NCBI GenBank assembly: GCA_017463485.1 | Contig: JAFTPD010000002.1 | Span: forward strand, 505 to 64,504 | Source of the DNA: Clostridia bacterium | GTDB taxonomy: Bacteria > Bacillota > Clostridia > Oscillospirales > CAG-272 | Length of the DNA stretch: 64,000 nucleotides | Direction of reading: 5' to 3' | In this document: one piece after another, positions 1 through 8,200 of the stretch | Numbering within the stretch: position 1 is the stretch's first letter | How the letters are laid out: each line of letters starts with the position of its first letter | Notes under the pieces: model-generated | Databases searched by the model: none | What the model saw: the letters and a program-made list of their open reading frames with translations, nothing else | What the model was told of the DNA's origin: nothing | Made by a program: the position numbers and the translations under genes

Positions 1-34
1 AGCCCGACGAGCTACCAGGCTGCTCTACTCCGCG
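1..34 (-). tRNA. tRNA-Met, initiator type (5' part only, truncated by window edge)
   Basis: The reverse complement reads CGCGGAGTAGAGCAGCCTGGTAGCTCGTCGGGCT. This matches the acceptor 5' strand, D-arm and G-rich anticodon stem start of bacterial initiator tRNA. The rest lies outside the window. Confidence 0.8.
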
Positions 35-50
35 ATATTTTGTTTTGGTG

Positions 51-139
51 TGGTGCCGGTGACCGGGCTTGAACCGGTACGATACTTTCGTATCACGGGA
101 TTTTAAGTCCCGGGCGTCTGCCAATTCCGCCACACCGGC
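51..139 (-). tRNA. tRNA-Leu (anticodon UAA), class II with long variable arm, CCA encoded
   Basis: The reverse complement is GCCGGTG-TG-GCGGAATTGGCAGACGC-CCGGGA-CTTAAAA-TCCCG-variable arm TGATACGAAAGTATCGTA-ACCGGTTCAAGCCCGGT-CACCGGC-ACCA. The acceptor stem GCCGGTG/CACCGGC pairs perfectly, and the anticodon loop CT-TAA-AA gives anticodon TAA. Confidence 0.9.
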
Positions 140-163
140 AGAATCTCTATCGGCGACTCTATT

Positions 164-192
164 ATTATATCACCCATTTGCCTCTTTGTCAA
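164..192 (-). promoter_or_regulatory. sigma-A type promoter for the tRNA-Leu/tRNA-fMet operon
   Basis: The minus strand reads TTGACA(187-192)-17 nt-TATAAT(164-169) with TGa just upstream of the -10. An A/T-tract (193-230) lies upstream of the -35. Confidence 0.6.
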
Positions 193-245
193 CACTTTTT
201 TTGAAAAAATATTTTATTTACAAAATCGAAATAAATTTTGATCAG

Positions 246-281
246 TAAAAAATGCACCGCGGCTAAATAAGTCGCGGTGCA
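246..281 (-). terminator. intrinsic terminator of the metalloprotease gene
   Basis: Stem TGCACCGCG(253-261)/CGCGGTGCA(273-281), followed on the minus strand by a T-run (plus-strand A-run 246-252). Confidence 0.7.
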
Positions 282-288
282 TAGCATA

Positions 289-2904
289 TTAATTTATCTT
301 TTCAAACGTGATGGTCGCCGTGCTATCGGTCAGTGCATCAACGGTGAAGGTATATCCCAGCGCTTCGCCCGAGTCGTCGGTAACGGAGGGGAGGGTATCT
401 CCTTCGACGTAAGTAAAGTTTCCTGCAGAGGACTTTACGTACTCGATAAGATTATTCGTCGAGCCGTTATCGTCGGAAGCGTCGGTGTTATTATTGTAAA
501 CGTCGTAATAGGTTTCGCCTTCGTAGACCTCGCTATACAGAGTGGAATTCACGTGATAGACCACGATTCCGTCACGAAGGAAATAGCCGCCGCCAATTTC
601 GCTGTTGTTAAGTCCCGTACCCTTATAATACATAATAACGTAGTATTCCTGATAAGCGCCGAGGGTAGGATCCCAGTCGTTGGCGAGGATAATGGTATCG
701 CCGTTCTCCGAGAAGTCCTCAAGCGTCAGCGTTACCGTGCTGTCGGTAACTACGAGGCGGGAGGTGGTTATCCAGCCGTAATTGAACTTGGAATATGCGT
801 TATGGTCGCCGAGCATTGAATCCATAATATCACAGCCGCTGAGCGGTCCTTCGTCGGAGGAGTAAGAGGTGTCGTAGTAATCGTCAGCTCCAAGGATATG
901 ACCGAACTCGTGGATGAAGGTATAGGTGCTCATGTTGTCGTAATTATCGTAGGTCGTGCCGTTTGTTTCGTCGTAGCCCTCGAACATGAACTGATAGGAC
1001 ATCCAGATGTAGTCGTTTGCCGAAACCTCGTCGTGCTCGTAGTAGCAGCCCTCGTCGTCGGTATAGATATTCCAATATCTGTACGCCCAGTTGAAGTTAT
1101 TTTCGTAGTCGATATCAAGCGTGTTGACGAGGACGACGGCGTCGATAATGCCGTTATTGTCGGAGTCAAATTGCTTCAGATCATATATAGTTGCATAGTA
1201 AGCCAGCGCTTCATCCATAATGAGCTGGTCGCCGATAGCAACCTCGCTGCCGTAATAATCCATGGTCGCATTCTTGTAATATTCGCTGTCGTATTGAGGT
1301 CTGAACCATTCGTCCATGACGGTGATATTGAGATTAAGCTGACCGTAGCTTGAAGCGTAATAATAGTGGCTGAGGGAATAGTAATCGGTCGTGCCTGCGT
1401 TGCCGTAGAATATGTCCTTCAGCTTATCAACGGTAAAATTGCTCGAAGCCGCTGTCGCGTCGGAAAATTCCACGGGAATTACCAGCACTCTGGGATTGCC
1501 GACCGTGGGGCATCCGTCAATGTAATATCCTTGCTCCGTAACGTTTTTAGCGTACTGCGCGTCGGTAAAGTCTACATTGTATACGCCGTCTGTTCCCGTG
1601 GGCAGACCCTTGCCGTCATTAGTGAGCAGATCCGTATTTTCGTCGGTGCTGCCGCCCGTGTTATCGTTGGTGGTGTCGCTACTGCTACTGTCATCAGGGT
1701 CGGTGCTGAGGGTGAGGGAATAGACGTAAAGATCAACGACGTAGTAACCCTCGTAATAGTAGAAGCAAACGTCAACGTAAATATCGTCGTTCTTGACGTA
1801 TGCGTACCAGGTATCGCCGTAATCGTCCTCGTAGGTGTCCCAAAGCTCGTATCCGTTCTTATCGAAGGAATCAAGGTACTTGTCGAATTCTGCCTGTGTG
1901 TTATCAAAGGTATAGAAGTTGATTCCATGCTCGTAGTCGTCAACGTCGGTATATCCCTCAACGTAATACTCGTTGTTTGGGATGAAGGGAACTGCTTCAC
2001 CTATATAGGTGATAAAGAGCTGCTTTTCGCTGCTGGTAAAATCGGCATACTTATAAGTGCCGGAGGAGGGCTGATCGCCTCCCGAATCGGGAGTGGGGGT
2101 TTTATTAGAGCCCGTAATAATATCAGCGGTGATAGAGGCAATTCTTATCTGCGCGCCGTCCGCGTCCAGCTTGATCTGCGAGTATCCCGTTGCATCTGCG
2201 GTGTAATCCTTATAGGACGTTACGGTATCGATCTTATCAATGAGCATCCAATTTGAGCCGCCGTTTGAGCCGTAGATCATCAGGGTAGCTGACTTATATC
2301 CCATATTCAGAGTCATCTCGCCAAATGAGTAGCCGTCAGCCGCGCTGAGGATCGCCCAGCCGTCGTTCTGATTGCTGTCGTATATCCTGAGCTGTTCGGT
2401 AAACCAGCAGCCGCTGTTATATGTGGAGAGAGTGATATATTCGTCAAGTGTATACGTGCCGTCTACGTACTGCTGACCGGCAGTATATTCGGAGAAGGTA
2501 TACTCAACGGTGGCTGCCACGGTAGGCTCTGTGACTGCGGGATTGCCCTCGGTCGTGATCGTAACGTCGCCCTCAGTAGTAGCTGTGCCGTCATTCTGTG
2601 TGGTGACCGTAACGTCATCCTCGGTGGTAACTTCGCCGTTGTCCTTGGTAGTGACTTCGCCGTTGTCCTCGGTAGTTGTAACCGCGGTATCGGATTCGGT
2701 ATCTGCCGTGTCCGCAGACGTATCGGATCCTGTTGTTGTTTCCGCCTCGTCTTTGGTTTCCGCTTCTGACTGAACGGTAGTGGTTTCCTCGACTGTCGTG
2801 TCTGTCGTATCAGTGCTGTCTGACGTTCCTCCCGACAAATTGCAGGACACAAGAACGAGAACAGATATCAACAGAACTGAAAGTGAATACAGTATCTTTC
2901 TCAT
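289..2904 (-). CDS. secreted zinc metalloprotease lipoprotein, M6 (immune inhibitor A-like) family
   Basis: An 871-aa ORF starts at ATG 2902-2904 with AAGGAGG 6 nt upstream; the 925-aa track version begins upstream of this RBS. The N-terminus MRKILYSLSVLLISVLVLVSC is a signal peptide with a lipobox Cys. It is followed by a T/D/E-rich linker. The catalytic region carries HExxH (TFIHEFGHILGADDYYD) and the RVLVIPVEFSD block typical of M6 proteases. Confidence 0.75.
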   Translation of the reverse strand: MRKILYSLSVLLISVLVLVSCNLSGGTSDSTDTTDTTVEETTTVQSEAETKDEAETTTGSDTSADTADTESDTAVTTTEDNGEVTTKDNGEVTTEDDVTVTTQNDGTATTEGDVTITTEGNPAVTEPTVAATVEYTFSEYTAGQQYVDGTYTLDEYITLSTYNSGCWFTEQLRIYDSNQNDGWAILSAADGYSFGEMTLNMGYKSATLMIYGSNGGSNWMLIDKIDTVTSYKDYTADATGYSQIKLDADGAQIRIASITADIITGSNKTPTPDSGGDQPSSGTYKYADFTSSEKQLFITYIGEAVPFIPNNEYYVEGYTDVDDYEHGINFYTFDNTQAEFDKYLDSFDKNGYELWDTYEDDYGDTWYAYVKNDDIYVDVCFYYYEGYYVVDLYVYSLTLSTDPDDSSSSDTTNDNTGGSTDENTDLLTNDGKGLPTGTDGVYNVDFTDAQYAKNVTEQGYYIDGCPTVGNPRVLVIPVEFSDATAASSNFTVDKLKDIFYGNAGTTDYYSLSHYYYASSYGQLNLNITVMDEWFRPQYDSEYYKNATMDYYGSEVAIGDQLIMDEALAYYATIYDLKQFDSDNNGIIDAVVLVNTLDIDYENNFNWAYRYWNIYTDDEGCYYEHDEVSANDYIWMSYQFMFEGYDETNGTTYDNYDNMSTYTFIHEFGHILGADDYYDTSYSSDEGPLSGCDIMDSMLGDHNAYSKFNYGWITTSRLVVTDSTVTLTLEDFSENGDTIILANDWDPTLGAYQEYYVIMYYKGTGLNNSEIGGGYFLRDGIVVYHVNSTLYSEVYEGETYYDVYNNNTDASDDNGSTNNLIEYVKSSAGNFTYVEGDTLPSVTDDSGEALGYTFTVDALTDSTATITFEKIN

Positions 2905-2953
2905 ATTAACCTCCTTTGTAGGGTTGCTTGCGCAAAAACTATACTTCAAGCAC

Positions 2954-2982
2954 ATTTTATCACGTTTTTTGACAAAATGCAA
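2954..2982 (-). promoter_or_regulatory. sigma-A type promoter of the metalloprotease gene
   Basis: The minus strand reads TTGCAT(2977-2982)-17 nt-TAAAAT(2954-2959) with TGa extended -10. It sits about 50 nt upstream of the ATG. Confidence 0.5.
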
Positions 2983-3022
2983 CACTAAAATATGAACGAA
3001 GCAAAAAAATATCTGTAAAACT

Positions 3023-3056
3023 AAAAAAAGAGGGAAAAGCCGCAGCTTTTCCCTCT
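3023..3056 (-). terminator. intrinsic terminator after rplL
   Basis: On the minus strand, AGAGGGAAAAGC-TGCG-GCTTTTCCCTCT is followed by TTTTTTT. Confidence 0.85.
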
Positions 3057-3090
3057 GATTATCCAAAGAAATTTGTGGTGTTGACTTAAA

Positions 3091-3474
3091 TTACTTAAGC
3101 TCAACGGTTGCGCCTGCCTCAACGAGAGCAGCCTGAACCTTCTCAGCCTCTTCCTTAGAGATGCCTTCCTTAACAGCCTTGGGGCAACCCTCAACGAGGT
3201 CCTTAGCTTCCTTAAGTCCAAGACCGGTGATCTCACGAACAGCCTTGATAACGCCGAGTTTCTTGTCGCCGAATCCGGTAAGGATAACATCGAACTCAGT
3301 CTTCTCCTCAGCAGCGGGAGCAGCTGCACCGCCTGCAACAGCACCGGCAACAGCAACGGGAGCAGCAGCAGATACGCCGAACTCCTCTTCAACAGCCTTT
3401 ACGAGCTCGTTGAGCTCAAGAATTGTAAGGCCCTTAATCTCTTCAACAAGAGCGGTAATCTTCTCGTTTGCCAT
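3091..3474 (-). CDS. rplL: 50S ribosomal protein L7/L12
   Basis: 127 aa. It has [34 protein letters not shown], an Ala-rich hinge, and a C-terminal domain ...[13 protein letters not shown]...EAGATVELK. Confidence 0.97.
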   Translation of the reverse strand: MANEKITALVEEIKGLTILELNELVKAVEEEFGVSAAAPVAVAGAVAGGAAAPAAEEKTEFDVILTGFGDKKLGVIKAVREITGLGLKEAKDLVEGCPKAVKEGISKEEAEKVQAALVEAGATVELK

Positions 3475-3595
3475 TTCAATATACCTCCTGAAATGTAAAT
3501 GTTTTTTAATTCTGACCGTTAATTGAGCACGGTCTTACTCCGCTATGATTTTAATTCAGGCAGCGTTGCGAGCGTTGACTGAAATCGGGCTCAAA

Positions 3596-4195
3596 TTAAG
3601 CCTCGGGCGCAGCCTCAGCTGCGGGTGCCTCTGCCTCAGCGGCAGGAGCTTCAGCCTCAGCGACGGGTGCTTCAGCGGCAGGAGCCTCCTCTGCGGGAGC
3701 TTCCTCTGCCTTCTCAGCAACAGCCTTGATAGCATAAGCAAATTTGTAGATGGGGGACTGGATGCTTCCGAGGAACTTAGCGACAAGAACTTCCTTAGCA
3801 GGAATGTCTGCAAGCTCCTTAACACCGTTTACATCAAGAACCTCACCGTCAATATAGCCTGCGAGGATCTTGAAGGACTCGATCTTTTCGTCGTATTCCT
3901 TAAGGATCTTTGCAGGAGCGATAGGATCGTTTTCGCTGATAGCGATAGCGGTCATACCAACGAGCTCCTTTTTGAGCTCACCGTAGCCACATTCGTCGCA
4001 AGCGCGGCCTGTAAGGCTGTTTTTAACGACCATGTACTTAACGCCTGCTTCGCGGAGAGCCTTACGCATCTTGGTGTCGTTTTCTACGGTAATACCCTGA
4101 TAGTTAACGATAACGCCGGATGCGGAAGCCTTGATCAGCGCTGCAAGCTCAGCTACAGCTTTCTGCTTCTGTTCCAGAATTGCATTACTTGGCAT
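3596..4195 (-). CDS. rplJ: 50S ribosomal protein L10, with ~40-aa Ala/Glu/Pro-rich C-terminal extension
   Basis: I place the start at ATG 4193-4195 (MPSNAILEQKQKAV...), with GGGAGGTG 9 nt upstream. The track's GTG at 4207 lies inside that RBS. L10 core motifs are present (VIVNYQGITVENDTKMRKALREAGVKYMVVKNSL). The tail is AEKAEEAPAEEAPAAEAPVAEAEAPAAEAEAPAAEAAPEA. Confidence 0.93.
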   Translation of the reverse strand: MPSNAILEQKQKAVAELAALIKASASGVIVNYQGITVENDTKMRKALREAGVKYMVVKNSLTGRACDECGYGELKKELVGMTAIAISENDPIAPAKILKEYDEKIESFKILAGYIDGEVLDVNGVKELADIPAKEVLVAKFLGSIQSPIYKFAYAIKAVAEKAEEAPAEEAPAAEAPVAEAEAPAAEAEAPAAEAAPEA

Positions 4196-4207
4196 TTTGT
4201 TTTTCAC

Positions 4208-4410
4208 CTCCCGGTGTGAAATTTAGTATGCAAAAAAAGAAATCTTTCTCCCGTGGCACAGCACCACACCGAGAAAGATCACGACTGCAAAGCACAAATA
4301 CGCCTTGCAAAAATCTATATGAACTCCTCGGCAGGGAAGCTTGCGCTTTTACGGGAACCTGCTGTCTTTGGATAATCGCTTTATGAGCAGACAAACTCAT
4401 AAAACCACTC
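4208..4410 (-). promoter_or_regulatory. rplJ 5' leader with terminator/attenuator hairpin (L10-leader-like)
   Basis: A ~200-nt untranslated leader lies between the promoter and the rplJ RBS. On the minus strand, ATCTTTCTCGG...CCGGGAGAAAGAT (plus 4242-4279) is followed by TTTCTTTTTTT just upstream of the RBS. This fits the attenuation-type L10 leaders known in Firmicutes. Confidence 0.6.
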
Positions 4411-4414
4411 GTCA

Positions 4415-4443
4415 ATTATACCATGCTTTGGGCATAATGTCAA
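4415..4443 (-). promoter_or_regulatory. sigma-A promoter of rplJ-rplL
   Basis: The minus strand reads TTGACA(4438-4443)-17 nt-TATAAT(4415-4420) with TGg extended -10, a perfect consensus. Confidence 0.75.
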
Positions 4444-4516
4444 GTGGTTTTATGTTGGAATATATTACAAACTATTTTCGGTTTCGACTTGCGTTTATGT
4501 GCAAATTCCACAACCG

Positions 4517-6526
4517 TCAGCCGAGATCCGCGTCCTTTGCGTAGAATTTTCCGTATTTCGTGATAAATTCCTTGCGGGCGGGCAGGTCGTCGCCGAGCAG
4601 TGTGTCAAAAATGCGAGCCGTTTCCTCCGCGTCTGCGGGGGTGACCGCAACAAGACGGCGGGTGGCAGGGTTCATGGTGGTCTTTGCCATCATTGAAGCC
4701 TCGTTCTCACCAAGTCCCTTGGAGCGCTGAATGGTGTATTTCGTGCCCTCGATCTGCTTGAGTATCTCCGCCTTTTCGAACTCGTTGAAGGCGTAGAAGG
4801 TTTCGTTTTTGGTGGTTATCTCAAACAGCGGAGTTTCCGCGATAAACACCTTTTCCTCCTTCAAGAGAGTGGGGAGCAGACGGTAGAACAGAGTAAGCAG
4901 GAGGGTACGGATCTGGAAGCCGTCCTCGTCCGCGTCGGTACAAAGGATTATCTTTGACCAGCGGAGCTGCTCGAGATCGAAGGACGCCATATCGCCCTTG
5001 ACCTTGCCCTTTATCTCAACGCCGCAGCCGATAACGCGAAGCAGGTCGGTGATGATGTCGCTCTTGAAGATTCGCTCGTAGTCAGCTTTAAGACAGTTGA
5101 GCGTCTTACCTCGCACGGGAATGACCGCCTGAAATTCAGCGTTACGAGCCAGCTTTACGGAGGTCAGCGCGGAGTCACCCTCAACTATATAAAGCTCGCG
5201 GAGGGTGGGGTCTTTTGAGCGGCAGTTGACGAACTTTTCAACGCGGTTTGCAATGTCGATAGAGCCCGTCAGCTTCTTTTTCATATTAAGACGGGTAGTT
5301 TCTGCCGATTCGCGGCTACGCTTGTTTACAAGCACCTGATTTGCAAACTGCTCCGCCTCCAAAGGATGCTCAATGAAATACACCTCAAGCTGATTGCGGA
5401 GGAAATCGTTCATTGCCTCGTAGATAAAGGAGTTCGTGATAGCCTTTTTGGTCTGGTTTTCGTAAGACGTGGAGGTAGAGAAGCTGTTGATAACAAGCAC
5501 AAGGCAGTCCGCAATATCGTTGAAGGTAATGCGGTTTTCGTTCTTGGTGTACTTGTTGTTATTCTTCAAATACTTGTCCATGGCGTAGGTGAACGCCAGC
5601 TTTACAGCCTTGTCGGGCGAGCCGCCGTGCTCAAGGTAGCTGGAGTTGTGATAGTATTCTATCATTCTCACGCTGTTGGAAACGCAGAAGGAGAAATCCG
5701 CCTTAAGCTTGTAGGGAGATTTGTCGTCGCGGTCGCGTCCCTGCGTTTCGAGATGCCACAGAACGGGCGTGGTCATGGACTTGTCCTTTACTGCCTCAGC
5801 AACGTAATCCGAAATTCCGTTTGCGTAGGAGAAGGATTGATGTGTAAATTTGTGGTCGGGCTGTTCAATGTAGAGGTCGAAGCGAATACCCGCGTTGACG
5901 ACTGCCTGGCGGTGCAGAATGTCGTTGAAAAACTCGGCGGGAATGGAAATGTCGGTAAATACCTCAATATCGGGACGCCAACGGATGACCGTGCCCGTGC
6001 GTTGAGTTTTCTTTTCAAGCGGAGTTTCGGTCAGCTTGCCGACGGGATTTCCTTTCTTGAACTTCATGGTGCGCTTTACCTGGCCGTCGTAGGAATCGAC
6101 TATCATATATTCGGAGGAATACTGCGTTGCGCACGCGCCCAGACCGTTAAGTCCGAGGGAGAACTCATAGGAGGAGTTGCCGCTGTTGTTGTCGTACTTA
6201 CCGCCCGCGTAAAGCTCGCAGAAGATAAGATCCCAGTTCCAACGCTTTTCCTTTTCATTATATCCAAGCGGGATTCCGCGACCGTGGTCGTCTACCTCGA
6301 TGCTCTTATCCAAAAAATAAGTAACCTTGATAACCGAGCCGTGTCCCTCGCGCGCCTCGTCAACCGAGTTTGAAAGTATTTCAAAGAAGGAATGCTCACA
6401 GCCGTCAAGACCGTCAGAGCCGAAAATAACGCCCGGGCGTTTTCTTACTCTGTCCGCGCCCTTGAGGGCGGTGATACTGCTGTCGCCGTAGCTTTGAGTT
6501 TTTTTGGCGGGAGTGTTTGTTGCCAT
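4517..6526 (-). CDS. parE: type IIA DNA topoisomerase subunit B (ParE/GyrB family ATPase-Toprim subunit)
   Basis: 669 aa. It has a GHKL ATPase N-terminus (RVRKRPGVIFGSDGLDGCEHSFFEILSNSVDEA), a Toprim motif YIVEGDSALTS, and DADEDGFQIRTLL. The divergent N-terminal block suggests ParE-like rather than canonical GyrB. No A-subunit gene is adjacent. Confidence 0.8.
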   Translation of the reverse strand: MATNTPAKKTQSYGDSSITALKGADRVRKRPGVIFGSDGLDGCEHSFFEILSNSVDEAREGHGSVIKVTYFLDKSIEVDDHGRGIPLGYNEKEKRWNWDLIFCELYAGGKYDNNSGNSSYEFSLGLNGLGACATQYSSEYMIVDSYDGQVKRTMKFKKGNPVGKLTETPLEKKTQRTGTVIRWRPDIEVFTDISIPAEFFNDILHRQAVVNAGIRFDLYIEQPDHKFTHQSFSYANGISDYVAEAVKDKSMTTPVLWHLETQGRDRDDKSPYKLKADFSFCVSNSVRMIEYYHNSSYLEHGGSPDKAVKLAFTYAMDKYLKNNNKYTKNENRITFNDIADCLVLVINSFSTSTSYENQTKKAITNSFIYEAMNDFLRNQLEVYFIEHPLEAEQFANQVLVNKRSRESAETTRLNMKKKLTGSIDIANRVEKFVNCRSKDPTLRELYIVEGDSALTSVKLARNAEFQAVIPVRGKTLNCLKADYERIFKSDIITDLLRVIGCGVEIKGKVKGDMASFDLEQLRWSKIILCTDADEDGFQIRTLLLTLFYRLLPTLLKEEKVFIAETPLFEITTKNETFYAFNEFEKAEILKQIEGTKYTIQRSKGLGENEASMMAKTTMNPATRRLVAVTPADAEETARIFDTLLGDDLPARKEFITKYGKFYAKDADLG

Positions 6527-6669
6527 TATGGATATCCTTTCATATTGTATTCAAAAGGGCGAAAAAACCACATTATCTTGTATCTTGCTACTATTATAGC
6601 ATATAATTTGCAGAATTTAAAGGGATTTTTGAAAAAATTTTTTGAAATTGTAAATTTTGCTGACAGCAC

Positions 6670-6698
6670 TTGCATATTTGAGGGAAATGTACTATAAT
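6670..6698 (+). promoter_or_regulatory. sigma-A promoter upstream of murD
   Basis: TTGCAT(6670-6675)-17 nt-TATAAT(6693-6698), with an A/T-tract (6625-6668) upstream. Confidence 0.55.
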
Positions 6699-6738
6699 AG
6701 TATAGTGACGAAGAATGTCCTAAACGGTATAACGAGAG

Positions 6739-8196
6739 GTGACGGATTTGAACGATATAAAAGTGTCGGACAGAATACGCGGCGCTGATTGCGCGGTGCT
6801 GGGCTACGGAGTTTCCAACAAGCCGCTTGTGGAGTGGCTGATGGCTCACGGCGCGAAAAGCGTGACGGTACGCGACAGACGAAGCGAGGAGGATATGCGC
6901 TCCTCGGGCGACGCAGACAGAATAACCGCCGCAGGTGCTACATATCTGACGGGGGAGGGATACCTTGACGGTATCAAGGCGGACATCATATTCCGCTCAC
7001 CCGGCATACGCCCCGACGCGGGCGGGATCGGCGAAGCGGTAGCGCGGGGGGCGCTTTTGTCCTCCGAGATGGAGCTGTTTTTTGAGCTTTGCCCCTGCGA
7101 GATATTCGCAATTACGGGCTCAGACGGTAAGACCACTACTACTACTGTGACATCGCTTATTTTGGAGGAAGCCTGCCGCCGTCGCGGAGGCAAGGTTTAC
7201 CGAGGCGGAAACATTGGGAATCCGCTGCTTCCCGAGCTTGAAAATATGACCGAGCGGGATATATGCGTCGTGGAGCTGTCCAGCTTCCAGCTTATGACTA
7301 TGCGTAAATCTCCGAGTCGCGCGATAATTACGAATATAACGCCAAATCATCTGAATTGGCACGTGGATATGGACGAGTATATCGCGGCAAAGTGCAACGT
7401 GTGTATGCATCAGCCTATCTCCCACATGGTAGTCAATGCGGAAAATGCGATCACCTTTGAGATAGCGCGCAACAGCGACGTTCCCGTGACTTACTTTTCC
7501 TCCAAGCGCTCCTCCTACGAGGATATCGTCCCCGAATACAAGCAGGGCGGCGGAACGCTTGCCGTGTTTGAGCGTGATGGAATTATTTATATTTCCGACG
7601 GCGAGCAGGAGCGACGGGTGATGCCGACGGAGAGCATCAAATTGCCGGGACGCCACAACGTGGAAAACTATATGGCGGCTGTTGCTATATGCGACGGATA
7701 CGCCGATTTTTCGGAGGCGGAGGAGGTCGCTCGCACCTTCGGCGGCGTGCCTCACCGACTTGAGCTTGTGGATGTGATCGGCGGAGTCAAGTATTATAAC
7801 AGCTCCATTGATTCAAGTCCGACAAGGACTATCGCCGCGCTGAGTGCTATGGATAAGCCCATAATTATATGCGGAGGTCAGGATAAGCACGTGCCGTTTG
7901 ACACGCTTGCCGTGGAGCTTTGCAAAAGCACCAAGGCTGTGGTGCTGACGGGCGAGGCGAGAGGTCAGATACTCGACGCGCTGGAAAAGCTCCCGCTTTA
8001 TTCGGAGGCAAAGCTGCCAACATACGTTGAGCCTGATTTCAAGGCGGCTGTCCTGCTTGCATCCTCGCTTGCTGTGGAGGGGGACACGGTGCTTCTGTCA
8101 CCTGCCTGCACCAGCTTTGACGCTTTCAAAAACTTTGCCGAGCGCGGTGAGTTTTTCAAATCAATAGTAAAGGAAATCAAGAACAAAGAAGGATAA
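6739..8196 (+). CDS. murD: UDP-N-acetylmuramoylalanine--D-glutamate ligase
   Basis: 485 aa with a GTG start after GAGAGG. Mur ligase P-loop ITGSDGKTTTT, DICVVELSSFQL, and C-terminal domain GVPHRLE...YYNSSIDSSP. Confidence 0.9.
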   Translation: MTDLNDIKVSDRIRGADCAVLGYGVSNKPLVEWLMAHGAKSVTVRDRRSEEDMRSSGDADRITAAGATYLTGEGYLDGIKADIIFRSPGIRPDAGGIGEAVARGALLSSEMELFFELCPCEIFAITGSDGKTTTTTVTSLILEEACRRRGGKVYRGGNIGNPLLPELENMTERDICVVELSSFQLMTMRKSPSRAIITNITPNHLNWHVDMDEYIAAKCNVCMHQPISHMVVNAENAITFEIARNSDVPVTYFSSKRSSYEDIVPEYKQGGGTLAVFERDGIIYISDGEQERRVMPTESIKLPGRHNVENYMAAVAICDGYADFSEAEEVARTFGGVPHRLELVDVIGGVKYYNSSIDSSPTRTIAALSAMDKPIIICGGQDKHVPFDTLAVELCKSTKAVVLTGEARGQILDALEKLPLYSEAKLPTYVEPDFKAAVLLASSLAVEGDTVLLSPACTSFDAFKNFAERGEFFKSIVKEIKNKEG

Positions 8197-8200
8197 AGAT

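Noticed and set aside
4517-6526. Calling this gene gyrB
   Set aside because: It is not next to gyrA or the dnaA-dnaN-recF context. Its N-terminal block (GVIFGSDGLDG…ILSNSVDE) also departs from the canonical GyrB GMYIG…DNSIDE. I therefore label it ParE-like/type IIA subunit B, and the assignment remains uncertain.
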